From: an uncultured Chloroflexia bacterium
GTDB taxonomy: Bacteria; Chloroflexota; Anaerolineae; B4-G1; SLSP01
Length of the DNA: 64,000 nucleotides
Direction of reading: 5' to 3'
NCBI GenBank assembly: GCA_963751345.1
Contig: CAVVUS010000014.1
Location: 160,001 to 224,000, forward strand
In this document: positions 1-12,806 of the stretch, piece after piece
Numbering within the stretch: the first letter of the stretch is position 1
Layout of the letters: every line of letters starts with the position of its first letter
Program-made: the position numbers and the translations under genes
Notes under the pieces: generated by a model
What the model was told of the DNA's origin: nothing
Seen by the model: the letters and a program-made list of their open reading frames with translations, nothing else
Databases searched by the model: none

Positions 1-2247
1 GCTCGTGATAATGCGTCGCGAAGAGGGTGCGAGCGCGACGTTCGGGATGGTTATGCAGATACTCGACCACCGCCCACGCGATGGCCATGCCGTCATACGT
101 GCTGGTGCCGCGCCCTACCTCGTCAAGGATCAGCAGGCTGCGGCGGCGTCGCATGGTTGAGGATGTTAGCCGTCTCGACCATCTCGACCATAAAGGTCGA
201 CTGCCCGGCTGCCAGTTCGTCGGAGGCCCCGATCCTGGTAAAAATCCGATCCACGACGCCGACGTGCGCCTCGTCGGCAGGCACGAAACTGCCAATCTGG
301 GCCATCAAGATGATGAGCGCCGTCTGGCGAAGGAAGACGGACTTGCCCGCCATATTCGGCCCGGTGATGATGTGGATCCGGCTCTCTGCATCCATCGTCA
401 GATCATTGGGCACAAACGGATCTCGACTGAGCCTGCTCGACGACCGGATGGCGCCCGCCGACGATGCGCAGGACCGGGGTCTCCTCAAACGTAGGGCGCA
501 CATAATGTTGGTGGACGGCGATCTCCGCCAGGGCTGCTGCCACGTCGATTCGGGCCAATGCCTGGGCTGTCTCGATCAGTTCGGCTGCTCTGGCGCTGAC
601 CCGCTGGCAGATCTCGGCGAAGAGCCGGCTCTCCAATTCAGAGATGCGTTCTTCGGCATTGAGCACGAGGCTCTCGTACTCCTTGAGCTCAGGCGTGATG
701 TAGCGCTCGGAGTTGACCAGCGTCTGTTTGCGGATGTAGTGATCGGGTACCGATGCGGTATTCGCTTTGGTCACCTCGATGTAGTAGCCAAAGACCTTGT
801 TGTAGCCTACCTTCAGGTTCTTGATCCCGGTGCGCCGGCGCTCCTTCTGCTCGAGGCCGGCAATCCACTCACGGGCATCCTTGCTCGCCAACACAATACC
901 GTCCAGTTCGGAAGAAAACCCAGGACGAATGAGACCCCCGGCACTGAGTTGGGCCGGAGGATCGTCAACGACAGCTTCGGAAATCAGCGCCCTGACGTCG
1001 TCCACCGGGCTGAGCCCGTCCAGCAGAGACTCGACACCGGCGGCGTGCAGCAGCCCCACGAGCTCGGGCACACTACCCAGCGCCGTACGGATGCCCTCCA
1101 GATCCCGGGGAGTGGCACGCGACGCGAGCACCCGCGTCGTCATCCGCTCAAGGTCCGGTACGCGCTTGAGCGCTGCTCGCGCCTTGGCCCGCAACACGCC
1201 ATCGTCGTAGAATCCCTGCACCTGATCGAGGCGCTGCTCCAGAACGTCGATATCCAGCAGCGGCTGGGCGAGGCGCATGAGTAGGAGCCGTCCGCCCATT
1301 GCTGTGAGCGTCTCATCCAATACCCCGAGCAGCGACCCGCTTTTCTCCCGACGCAGAGTCTCCGTGATCTCCAGGTTTCGCCACGTCGACGCATCAATGG
1401 CCATAAAGTGGTCGGTGGCGTAGGTCCGCAGGCCCGTGATCTGCGGGAGCAGCCCCTGCTGCGTCTCCTCCAGATAGCTCAGCGCCGCCCCTGCCGCCCG
1501 AACTGCCAGCGGCTTGCCCTCGCAGCCGAATCCCTGCAGGGTGCGAACCTGGAAATGGGCCATCAGAGCCTGGCGCGCGGCGGATTCCTCGAAGCGATAT
1601 CCGGGCCAGGGGGTGACCTGCGCCGACACCGCATCCTGAAGGGTCATCTCGGGACGTGGGACCCTATCGTCGGGATCACGCTCTTTCCAGGATCCCACTT
1701 TGGGAATCAGGACCTCACGCGGGCGCAGACGTGCCAATTCCTGGCGCACCAAGGAGAGCACATTCTGTGTGGAGCCGTCGCTGAGTTGGGTCGTGGCGAA
1801 CTCACCGGTGGAGATCTCGGCGTAAGCGATCCCTGCCCGCTCCCCCTCCACGACGACAGCGGCGAGGTAATTGGGCCGTTTGTCATCCAGCATCTCCGGC
1901 TCGGTCAACGTCCCCGCGGTGACGACGCGCTCCACCCGTCGCTCCATCGGCCCGCTGCCCGTCGGCTCACCGACCTGCTCGGCCAACGCGACCCGGAACC
2001 CCTTCTCGATCAAGCGGGCGATGTACCCGTCCACCGCGTGGTGTGGGACCCCCGCCATAGGCACACGGACGTCCTTGGATACCGGACGCGAGGTGAGGAT
2101 GAGATCCAACTCCCGAGAAGCGATCTCGGCATCCTCATCAAAGGTCTCGTAGAAGTCGCCCAGGCGAAAAAAGAGGATCGTATCCGGGTATTGAGCTTTC
2201 AGGTCCAGGTATTGCTGTCGCACCGGCGTCGTGTCATTCTTGCTCAT
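1..2247 (-). CDS. mutS: DNA mismatch repair protein MutS (3' end beyond window; split by frameshifts near ~425 and ~145)
   Basis: N-terminal [30 protein letters not shown]; Walker [17 protein letters not shown] and DEVGRGTST...LFATHYHE in successive frames. Confidence 0.95.
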
Positions 2248-2259
2248 ACGGTGATTATA
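2248..2259 (-). promoter_or_regulatory. -10 box TATAAT 6 nt upstream of mutS ATG (candidate leaderless promoter)
   Basis: Minus strand reads TATAAT-CACCGT-ATG with no room for a Shine-Dalgarno. Confidence 0.55.
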
Positions 2260-2396
2260 GCGGCGAGAAGCTGCCAAAACAAGCTGCTTGACACACACCA
2301 TTTTCAAACGATAGTATCTCTAGGGTTTCCCACCAAGCATTCGCCGATGACTCATGATTTTCGGAAATCATGGCCAGACCACGAGGGGATGCACGT

Positions 2397-5300
2397 ATGG
2401 ACACGGACCATGAGATCGGGCCGCGCTGGCTCTCTGTGCTGGCGCGCGCTTCCGGTGTGCTTGCCGCCGCATTTGGCGGGGCGGCTCTGGTTGGATGGCT
2501 TACAGGGTCCACGATCCTTGCCACCTTGGGGTCGGAGAGGATTCCCATGGCACCGAGCACTGCGCTGCTCTTCCTGCTCTATGGGGCACTGCTCGCCGCG
2601 CTGCCATGGCTGCAACAGCGCCGCAACCTCCGTCGCGTCGGGATGGCACTATCCGCCCTGGGCACGATCGTATCGCTGCTGCTCTTCGCCCTATCTTCGA
2701 GCGGGATCCACCCGGCCATCGAGCACATCGGGCTGAAGATCGCCGGTACGGTAGCCGGCGCGCCGGTCGGGTACATGTCGCCGCTGACGGCTGCATGTTT
2801 CTCCCTTGCCGGCACATCGCTCCTACTGCTTAGCTCGGCTTCACGCCGCAACCTACGGACGACGACGGGCCTCGTCCTTGCCATATCCCTCCTGCTGACC
2901 GGCAGCGTGCTGACAGTCGCCTACGTATTGGGCGGCCCCCTTCTCTATAACAGCGGCGTGATCCCACCGGCTCTCACCACGTCCCTCGCATTTCTTGCTC
3001 TTGGGACGGCCCTGGTCGCCGACTGTGGACGGCAGACTCGGCCGCGTCAAAGGAAAAGGGATGAAGCACACGCACTTTCCTCGACTGTCGCCATCCCGCT
3101 TTTCGTCGTACTGATCGGTGGCATCATCATCGCCGCCCATTTCTACCTCCAGGATTACCAGAAGCGCTTCCGTAGCGAGGTAGAGAACGAACTTTTGGCC
3201 GTTGCAGATCTGAAAGTCAACGAGCTGGTCCATTGGCGGGTAGAGCGTTTGAGTGATGCCGGCGTCTTCTTTGGCAACAGCAGCTTCTCAGAAGTGGTGC
3301 AGCACTATCGAGAAACCCCCAACGATCTCGAGGTGCAGAGCCGGCTTCGGACGTGGTTGAACAAGGTCCAGGCATCCTCCGAGTATTCCCAGCTCCTCCT
3401 TCTGGACCCGCAGGGCGATGAGCTGATGGTTTCACCCCTGACGTCCACGCCAATCTCGGCGTACGTCCGCGAGGAGGCCCAACAGGTTGCGCTTACCGGA
3501 GAGGTCACTTTCCTGGACTTCTACCGGGATGGTCCGGATAAACCGGTCCGTCTGGCCGTACTGGTGCCCATCCGTGACTCAGCGGGAGAACACGACGTGC
3601 TGGGTGTACTCGTGCTCAATATCGACCCCCGGACTTATCTCTATCCCATGATACAGAGCTGGCCCACCTCCAAGAAGACGGCAGAGACCCTGCTCGTCAG
3701 GCGTGATGGAGATGACGTGCTCTTCTTGAACGATCTCCGGTTCTCCGACGACGCCGCCCTCCGGCTGCGAATACCGGTGGGGCAAGCGGACTTGCCTGCG
3801 GCGATGGCGGTATCGGGGACAGAGGGCATCGTAGAGGGTAACGACTATCGAGGCGTCATGGTGGCGGCGGCCGTGCGATCCGTGCCGAACTCGCCCTGGT
3901 TCCTGGTAGCCCGCATAGACACGCAGGAGATCTATGCGCCGCTTCAAGAACGTCTGTGGTGGATGGTCGGTCTCGTCGGTATCCTTGTCCTCGGCATAGG
4001 CGGAATCACCGGGTGGGTCTGGCAGAGAAACGCCAAGACATACTACCGTAAGCTCTACGAGGCCGAAACGCGCTACGAAATCACACTGAGGAGCATCGGC
4101 GATGGGGTCATCACCACCGATAGCGCGGGACGGGTGACCCTGCTGAACCCCGTGGCCGAGACGCTCACGGGCTGGTCCCAGGATGCGGCCAAAGGCCGGC
4201 CTCTGGAAGAGATCTTCCACATCATCAACGAAGAGACACGACAACCCGTTGAAAACCCGGTGGCACGGGTACTACAGGAGGGACGCGTCGTAGGGCTGGC
4301 CAACCACACGGTGCTCATCTCGCGCGATGGCATCGACATACCGATCGCCGATAGTGGCGCTCCCATCACCGATACGGGAGACCGCATCACGGGCGTCGTG
4401 CTGATCTTCCGTGACCAGACCGAAGAGCGCGCCGCAAATCGAAGACTGCGTGCGGAGATGGAGAGGTCTCAGCGATACCTCGACGTTGCCGGCGTGATGA
4501 TCCTCGCCCTGGATGCCGATGCCAACGTGATGCTGATCAACCGGAAAGGTCGCGAGATCCTCGGTTGTGGAGAAGCCGAGATTATCGGCAGGAACTGGAT
4601 CGAACATTTCCTCCCCGACCACGTGCGCGTCCGGGTCAGCGAAGCTTTCAGCCAGCTGATGGCCGGTCAGTCCGAAAGAGCCGCGTACGTCGAGAACGCT
4701 ATCCTAACCTGCACCGGCGAGGAGCGGATCATCGCCTGGCGCAACGCGGCGCTCATGGACGAAAGTGGGCGGATCAGCGGAATGCTCTCCTCCGGCCAGG
4801 ATATCACGGAGCAGGTGCTCGCCGAAGCCGAACGTCAGGAGTTGTTGGCGCAGGTGGAGGCACAGGCGCGGCAGATCACGGAGATTATGGACACGGTGCC
4901 ACAAGGTGTGCTTCTGCTGGATACAAATGGGCGCGTGCTGCTGGCCAACCCCGCAGCCGAGCGCAATCTGCTGGCCTTGGGCCAAGGCAGCACGGATATG
5001 CTCACGCACATTGGCAAGCAGCCCCTCTCGGAATTCCTCACCTCGCCTCCCAAAGGCCTGTGGCACGAAGTGCAGGCAGAGGGGCGCTTCTTTGAGATTA
5101 TCGCCCGCCCTATGGTCGACGGGCCTGATCCCGAGCGGTGGGTGCTGGTGATCAACGATGCCACACAGGAGCGACAGGTGCGGGATCAGCTCCAGCAGCA
5201 GGAGCGGTTGGCCGCCATCGGGCAACTGGCCGCCGGCATTGCCCACGATTTCAACAACATTATGGCAGTCATCATCCTCCAAGCCCGGCTGGCTGCCAAC

Positions 5301-6339
5301 TCGGAGGGAATATCGGAGCAGGATCGGCGGCGGCTGGAAACGGTCAACCAACAAGCCTATTACGCCACGAGACTGATCCAGCAGATCCTGGACTTCAGCC
5401 GACGGGCGATCCTCGAGCGCCAACCGCTCGACCTGCTGCCGCTTATCAAAGAACAGGTGCGGCTTCTCGAACGTACGCTACCTGAGAACATCACGATCCA
5501 CCTTGGCTACGATGCCGAAGCCCACACGGTCAACGCCGATCCTACCCGCATCCAACAAGTGATCATGAATCTGGCCGTCAATGCGCGGGATGCTATGCCG
5601 GGGGGAGGTAACCTGGAGATCACGCTGGAGCACATTCGAGTCGATGAGAGGTGCGACAGCCCCCTTGCCGGCTATGAAAGCCGGGGAGTGGATCAGACTG
5701 TCGGTGGCCGATACCGGCACCGGCATCTCGCCCGACGTACTGCCATACATATTCGAGCCTTTTTACACGACGAAGGGACCCGGGGAGGGAAGTGGCCTCG
5801 GGCTGGCCCAGGTCTACGGCATCGTGGCGCAACACGAGGGGCACATCGATGTGGGGACAGCCATTGGTGCCGGAACCACCTTCACCATCTACCTGCCGGC
5901 TGTGGCGTTGCCGGCTGCCGCGCTGCCGGCCCCCGATATGCGCAATCTTGACCACGGTCAGGGCCAAACCATCCTGATTGTGGAAGACAATGCTCCGCTG
6001 CGCGCCGCATTGCGGGAAACGCTGATAGGACTGGGGTACCGGGTGCGCGAGGCTGCGCACGGGGCCGATGCGCTGGAGCTTCTCGAGACATTGGATGACG
6101 TCGAAGTCAATCTGGTTTTGAGTGACGTGGTGATGCCGCAGATGGGCGGTGTGGCTCTGGTGCATGCCCTACGGGAGCGGGGATGGGTTATGCCGGTTAT
6201 CTTGCTCAGCGGACATCCAAGGCGGGAGGATCTCTCTGCGCTAACCGACTATGGGGTACGCGAGTGGTTGTCAAAGCCGCCTTCCCTCGAGCACCTGGCC
6301 CAAGCCTTGGCCGCAGCCCTGCAGTCAGAGACCCCCTAG
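2397..6339 (+). CDS. Membrane-bound multi-PAS hybrid sensor histidine kinase with C-terminal receiver (frameshift ~5660)
   Basis: N-terminal TM helices, Cache-like region, PAS repeats, H-box GIAHDFNN, N-box NLAVNARDAM, G-boxes DTGTGI/GSGLGL, receiver ILIVEDN...LSDVVMP in the second frame. Confidence 0.9.
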
Positions 6340-6535
6340 CTACCGGACGCCCTATCACCCCGGGAGCACGATGCCCTAGGCGTCGGCCACCCAGCGCATG
6401 CCTCCTCATGTCGGCACGCCCCAGGGATCGCCTTCACAGGGAACCTACATTGTGGCATAATGCCGGAGGCGGAGCGTCCGCAAGACGGTGCCCAGCAGGC
6501 ACGGTCAGAACGCAATATCCCAGCACGGGGGCCGG

Positions 6536-7279
6536 ATGACCAAAGACGAATCACCCGACAACGAACAGGCCGCACTCAGAGGGAATCCCTCTTTCGTCTG
6601 GAGATCCGGCCAGGAGCGCCGCCTCGACATGGTGCGCCGGGCTGTGCCGTTGGACGGCAAGCGGGTACTGGACATCGGATGCGGCATTGGGATGTACACA
6701 GTGGCCTTCGCGCGCCATACACCCCACGCCTTCGGTGTTGAGGTCGAGTTCGACCGGGCCATCGAAGCTCGCGCGCGAGTCTCGCAGGTCTCACAGGCTG
6801 TTGGAGAGCGACTTCCCTTCAGCGACGACAGCTTCGACGTCGTTTTCTCCCACGAAGTCCTGGAACACGTCAACGCCGATCACATCTGTGCCGCGGAGAT
6901 GGTGCGGGTGACGCGCCCACAGGGCCACATCGTCATCTTTGTGCCAAACCGGCTTTACTTTTTCGAGACACACGGCATTTACTGGCGAGGGACCTATCAT
7001 TTCGGCAACAAGCCTCTGGTGAACTGGCTCCCCAATCCGCTCCGCAACCGGTTGGCACCTCACGTGAAAGCCTACACCGGGCGCTCGCTCAAGCGTCTCT
7101 TCGCGGACCTGCCGGTGCGGACACTGCTTCACACACAGATCTACCCGGGGTACGACAATATCCTTGCCCGCAGGCCCCACCTGGGCCGCGCCATCCGGAC
7201 GATCACCTACACCCTGGAACACACGCCACTGCGATACCTTGGGCTGTCCCATCTCCTGATATTGCAGGTCACCGCCTGA
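6536..7279 (+). CDS. Class I SAM-dependent methyltransferase
   Basis: VLDIGCGIG motif I; LPFSDDSFDVVFSHEVLEHV. Confidence 0.85.
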   Translation: MTKDESPDNEQAALRGNPSFVWRSGQERRLDMVRRAVPLDGKRVLDIGCGIGMYTVAFARHTPHAFGVEVEFDRAIEARARVSQVSQAVGERLPFSDDSFDVVFSHEVLEHVNADHICAAEMVRVTRPQGHIVIFVPNRLYFFETHGIYWRGTYHFGNKPLVNWLPNPLRNRLAPHVKAYTGRSLKRLFADLPVRTLLHTQIYPGYDNILARRPHLGRAIRTITYTLEHTPLRYLGLSHLLILQVTA

Positions 7280-7300
7280 TCCGGGAACACATCCGGCACA

Positions 7301-9550
7301 GTGATGAGCCAGAGCGGAATGGAACGAAACAACGGCGAGGGGCACCCGAACGCGGAGATACGTCGGACCGCGGGTCCCTATCGCGTTCTCGTCACCGTGA
7401 GCAGCGAGCAGGACCTCACAGCACTGTACCCGACAGCTTATGCTATTGCGAAAGCGCACGCCGGCGAGGTGCATGTGCTGACGGTCACACGCGGTGGTAA
7501 CCAGCCCTCCTGGCTGGTGGTCCCAGAAGTCTACGCTGATATCCCTGCCGAGATTCTCGCCCGCTCGGGTCGAAACGTCAGTGGCGTCATCCTGGCCGAA
7601 GTTCGCAACTACGACCCTGACATCCTGATCATCGGTCTCAGCGGTCATCTGCGCCAGGGGACCTACTTACTCGGCCATACGCTGGACCCGATCGTCCAGG
7701 GAGCGCGATGCGACGTTCTGGTTCAGCGCGGACAGGTCGCGCCGAACCCGGGCAAGGTCCTCATCCCGGCTGCCGGCGGGCCGAATGCCCCCCGAGCCCT
7801 GACGCTGGCACGTACGCTGGCGCCCGAGGCCCGGATCACGGCGGTCTATGTTGCGCAGGCCCGATCCGGGCGAGCCGACCTCCTCGTTGGAGAAGCACGC
7901 CTGGACGCAATGCTGGAAAGACTGGACCCCGAAGATCGAGAGGTTACGGACACCAAGGTCGTCCGGGCATCCACCCCCGTCGAAGGCATCCTGTCAGAGG
8001 CCCAACAGGGAGGCTACGACCTGGTCATCCTGGGCGCAGGCAATGAGGGACCCGTCGGTCGATTTCTCTTTGGTGACGTTCCTCAGGTGATCCTGGACCA
8101 ATCCAGCGTTCCCACGATGGTCGTGCGCCGGCGACTCAGCTATCTGGGATCCTTCCAGCGGAGAGTGTGGCGCAGGATCTTCGGCCTGCTCCCTCCTCTC
8201 ACCGTCCAGGAACAGGCCGACGTCCAGAAGGCGGTGCGCCGCGGATCACGGCCCAGTCCCGATTTCTTCGTCATGCTTACCCTTGCAGCGGCTCTGGCCA
8301 CGCTGGGGCTGCTGATGAACAACGCCGCGACGATCATCGGGGCGATGATCGTCGCCCCGCTCATGACGACCATCCTGGGAATGGGCCTCGCCATCGTGCT
8401 TGGGGAGCTCCGCTTCTTCTGGCGTGCTACCGCGACCACGCTGCGTGGCATCATCCTGGCCATCATCATGGGCTTCCTGGTCGGGCAGTTGGCCCCAGGT
8501 GCAGCCAGCACCCCGGCGATTCAGGTCTACTCCGAGCCAAGCATCCTCGATCTGGTGGTGGCGCTGGTCGCGGGGACTGCCGCGGCCTATGCCACCAGCC
8601 GCAAGGAGATCTCAGCCGCTCTCGCGGGCGTCGCCGTCGCGGCTTCTCTGACCCCACCCTTAGTGAACATAGGGTTGGGCCTGGCGCTTGTCGACTGGAG
8701 CATCGCGCTTGGCGCCGCCCTGACATTCCTCACCAACCTCGTCGCCATCGTCGCCGCCAGCGGCTTCCTTTTCCTCTGGATGGGGTTTCGCCCTCAGCCG
8801 GGCGACCCGAATCTGGTGGCTGCCAGGCGCAGAGGCCTCCTCACCTTCGGCATACTGCTGGTGCTGATCACCATCCCGCTCGCAGTCTTGACGCAGCGCT
8901 CGCTGAGTGACCTGCAGATCAGACGGTCGATTGAGTCGGCGATTGCGGTCGAAGTCCAGGAGATTCCGGGTGGGGAACTGGTCAGTTGGGACTACACGAC
9001 CACGCCACAGGGCACGCTCAACCTGGAACTGACGATCCGGGCGTCGGGAAGTGTCCGTTTCCAGGAGGCGCGCGATCTCCAGGAACGCATCGCCACACGC
9101 ATCGACCGACCGGTGGCCCTGTCATTGAGTACCGTGCCGACACAGCAACTGCAGGCGTTCATTCCACCGACCCCGACGCTCACGCCAACGATGACGCCGA
9201 CGGGTGTTCCAACGGCCACGCCGACCTCCACACCTACCGCAACGCCAACCCCCACGCCGACGGCGACGCCCACCCCGACCATCACCCCCATCCCGACGAT
9301 CACGCCGCTGCCCACCAACACGGCAACTGCGACCCCGTGGATCCTGCACGTCGTCAACGTCGGCAGTGCGGGGCTCAGGGTGCGCTACTCGCCGGACGGG
9401 GTCGTGATGGGGCGCCTGCCCTTGGACACGCCGGTGGTAGTGCTGGAGGGGCCCACGAACTACCACGGCGTCACGTGGTACCACGTTCTCGGCATGACGA
9501 CACAACTCGAGGGATGGGTTGACGGCGACTACCTGGCGCCATTCCCATAG
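7301..9550 (+). CDS. Tandem USP domains + DUF389/TIGR00341 membrane domain + Pro/Thr linker + SH3b-like domain
   Basis: USP motifs (YDLVILGA...FLFGDVPQVIL); DUF389 motifs IIGAMIVAPLM and LAGVAVAASLTPPL; PT repeats; C-terminal GLRVRYSP...WYHV...EGWV. Confidence 0.75.
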   Translation: MMSQSGMERNNGEGHPNAEIRRTAGPYRVLVTVSSEQDLTALYPTAYAIAKAHAGEVHVLTVTRGGNQPSWLVVPEVYADIPAEILARSGRNVSGVILAEVRNYDPDILIIGLSGHLRQGTYLLGHTLDPIVQGARCDVLVQRGQVAPNPGKVLIPAAGGPNAPRALTLARTLAPEARITAVYVAQARSGRADLLVGEARLDAMLERLDPEDREVTDTKVVRASTPVEGILSEAQQGGYDLVILGAGNEGPVGRFLFGDVPQVILDQSSVPTMVVRRRLSYLGSFQRRVWRRIFGLLPPLTVQEQADVQKAVRRGSRPSPDFFVMLTLAAALATLGLLMNNAATIIGAMIVAPLMTTILGMGLAIVLGELRFFWRATATTLRGIILAIIMGFLVGQLAPGAASTPAIQVYSEPSILDLVVALVAGTAAAYATSRKEISAALAGVAVAASLTPPLVNIGLGLALVDWSIALGAALTFLTNLVAIVAASGFLFLWMGFRPQPGDPNLVAARRRGLLTFGILLVLITIPLAVLTQRSLSDLQIRRSIESAIAVEVQEIPGGELVSWDYTTTPQGTLNLELTIRASGSVRFQEARDLQERIATRIDRPVALSLSTVPTQQLQAFIPPTPTLTPTMTPTGVPTATPTSTPTATPTPTPTATPTPTITPIPTITPLPTNTATATPWILHVVNVGSAGLRVRYSPDGVVMGRLPLDTPVVVLEGPTNYHGVTWYHVLGMTTQLEGWVDGDYLAPFP
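9164..9337 (+). repeat. Pro/Thr low-complexity coding repeat
   Basis: PPTPTLTPTMTPTGVPTATPTSTPTATPTPTPTATPTP... Confidence 0.8.
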
Positions 9551-9583
9551 CGACAGCACGCCGTCCCATCAGGAGGAGTAAAC

Positions 9584-10359
9584 ATGCAAGGATACGGCGA
9601 GGGATTTGCCGCGATCTACAATATGCGCTGGAACCACTTCGCTGCTGCGGCCGCCCCCCGGATCCTCGCGCTCTACGAACAGCAGCCCGCAAGCCAAAAC
9701 GCCCGGCGTCTCCTGGATCTCGCCTGCGGCACGGGACAGTTAGCCCTCTACTTCCTCGAACGCGGCTATGAGGTCGTGGGGCTCGACCTCTCGCCGGCGA
9801 TGTTGGCTCACGCGCGGGCGAACGCTGAAGAAACAGGGGACGCGCGATTTCCTCGCCGAGGGCAAGGCCCGCTTCGTGGAGGGAGACGCGGCCGACTTCC
9901 AACTCGACGAGACCTTCGGGCTGGTAGTATCAACCTTCGACGCCCTGAACCACCTACCGAACATGGAGAGCCTTCGGGGATGCTTCCGATTCCACGATCA
10001 AGGTCCTCGAACCGGGCGGATCGTTCATCTTCGATCTCAATACCCGGTTCGGTCTGGCCAGATGGGCAGGTATCAACGTCCAGGAAGAAGAGGACCTCGT
10101 GCTCATCACACGCGGCGTCGTGGTCGAGGACGAGGCCCGTGCCTACACCCAGATCTCGGGATTCCTGCGCGAGGACGATGGTCGCTACAAACGCTTCGGC
10201 GAGGTGGCCTACAACTCTATCTACGACATGGCCGAGGTTGCCTCCGCACTGAACGAAGCCGGCTTCTCCGAGGTCTATTTCGCCCAACCCCAGACCCTCG
10301 ATGTGCCGGTCGAGGATCCCGAGCGCTACGGCCGGGTCTTCCTTATCGCGCGGAAGTAG
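9584..10359 (+). CDS. Class I SAM-dependent methyltransferase (split by at least 2 frameshifts, ~9845 and ~9995)
   Basis: AGGAG RBS; LLDLACGTG, GLDLSPAML, then STFDALNHL and GGSFIFDLNT in successive frames. Confidence 0.8.
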
Positions 10360-10368
10360 CGCCCCCGG

Positions 10369-10420
10369 AAACCTTCTGAAGGTTCAGAGCCCGATTCCGA
10401 TCGGGCCACCTTCGCAAGGT
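10369..10420. repeat. REP/REPIN-like double palindrome, copy 1
   Basis: AACCTTCTGAAGGTT-CAGAGCCCGA-TTCCGA-TCGGGCC-ACCTTCGCAAGGT. Confidence 0.75.
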
Positions 10421-10434
10421 CTAGCGCCTCGACG

Positions 10435-10462
10435 TTGTACACCCTCCCATTCGCGCTATAAT
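10435..10462 (+). promoter_or_regulatory. Sigma-70 promoter of uvrB
   Basis: TTGTAC-N16-TATAAT. Confidence 0.65.
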
Positions 10463-10474
10463 ATCCCCAAAATG

Positions 10475-10486
10475 GAACAAGTGTTC
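10475..10486. promoter_or_regulatory. LexA (SOS) box, GAAC-N4-GTTC type
   Basis: GAACAAGTGTTC between the -10 box and the RBS of uvrB; matches the known Firmicutes/Actinobacteria/Chloroflexi LexA consensus. Confidence 0.8.
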
Positions 10487-10505
10487 GTGAACGGATGGAG
10501 GGAAT

Positions 10506-12515
<2,010 letters not shown>

Positions 12516-12536
12516 GGCGCTGCATTGCAGTCCAAT

Positions 12537-12573
12537 TACCTTCCCGGGAAGGGCGGAACCTTCCCGGAAGGTA
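12537..12573. repeat. REP-like double palindrome, variant copy 2
   Basis: TACCTTCCCGGGAAGG-GCGGAA-CCTTCCCGGAAGGTA. Confidence 0.6.
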
Positions 12574-12589
12574 TCTAGCTGCGATTGCC

Positions 12590-12638
12590 ATAGCACAAGT
12601 CGTAGTGCTATTGCCAAACCTCTCGTGTCGGGTATAGT
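12590..12638 (+). promoter_or_regulatory. Palindromic operator abutting a sigma-70 promoter upstream of ricT
   Basis: ATAGCAC-N8-GTGCTAT (12590-12611) overlapping TTGCCA-N16-TATAGT (12611-12638). Confidence 0.5.
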
Positions 12639-12806
12639 TAGTGCGTTGTGTGCAGATCCTCACAGGTCGGCCTACAGCACCTTACGGTATCGGACCGAGT
12701 CATCAGGATATATCTGCGAATCGTGTCCCAGCTAAGAGGATAACGATTCGTTCCGTGGGCTGCGTACAGCAGCCTCCAGCAACTCATAGCGGATAGGATT
12801 AGCACT

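Noticed and set aside
157-2736. Long plus-strand ORFs 157..1284 and 1408..2736
   Set aside because: Antisense shadows of mutS, typical of high-GC coding DNA; no recognisable motifs.
12590-12611. CIRCE element
   Set aside because: Spacing and inner bases do not match TTAGCACTC-N9-GAGTGCTAA; kept only as an unassigned palindrome.
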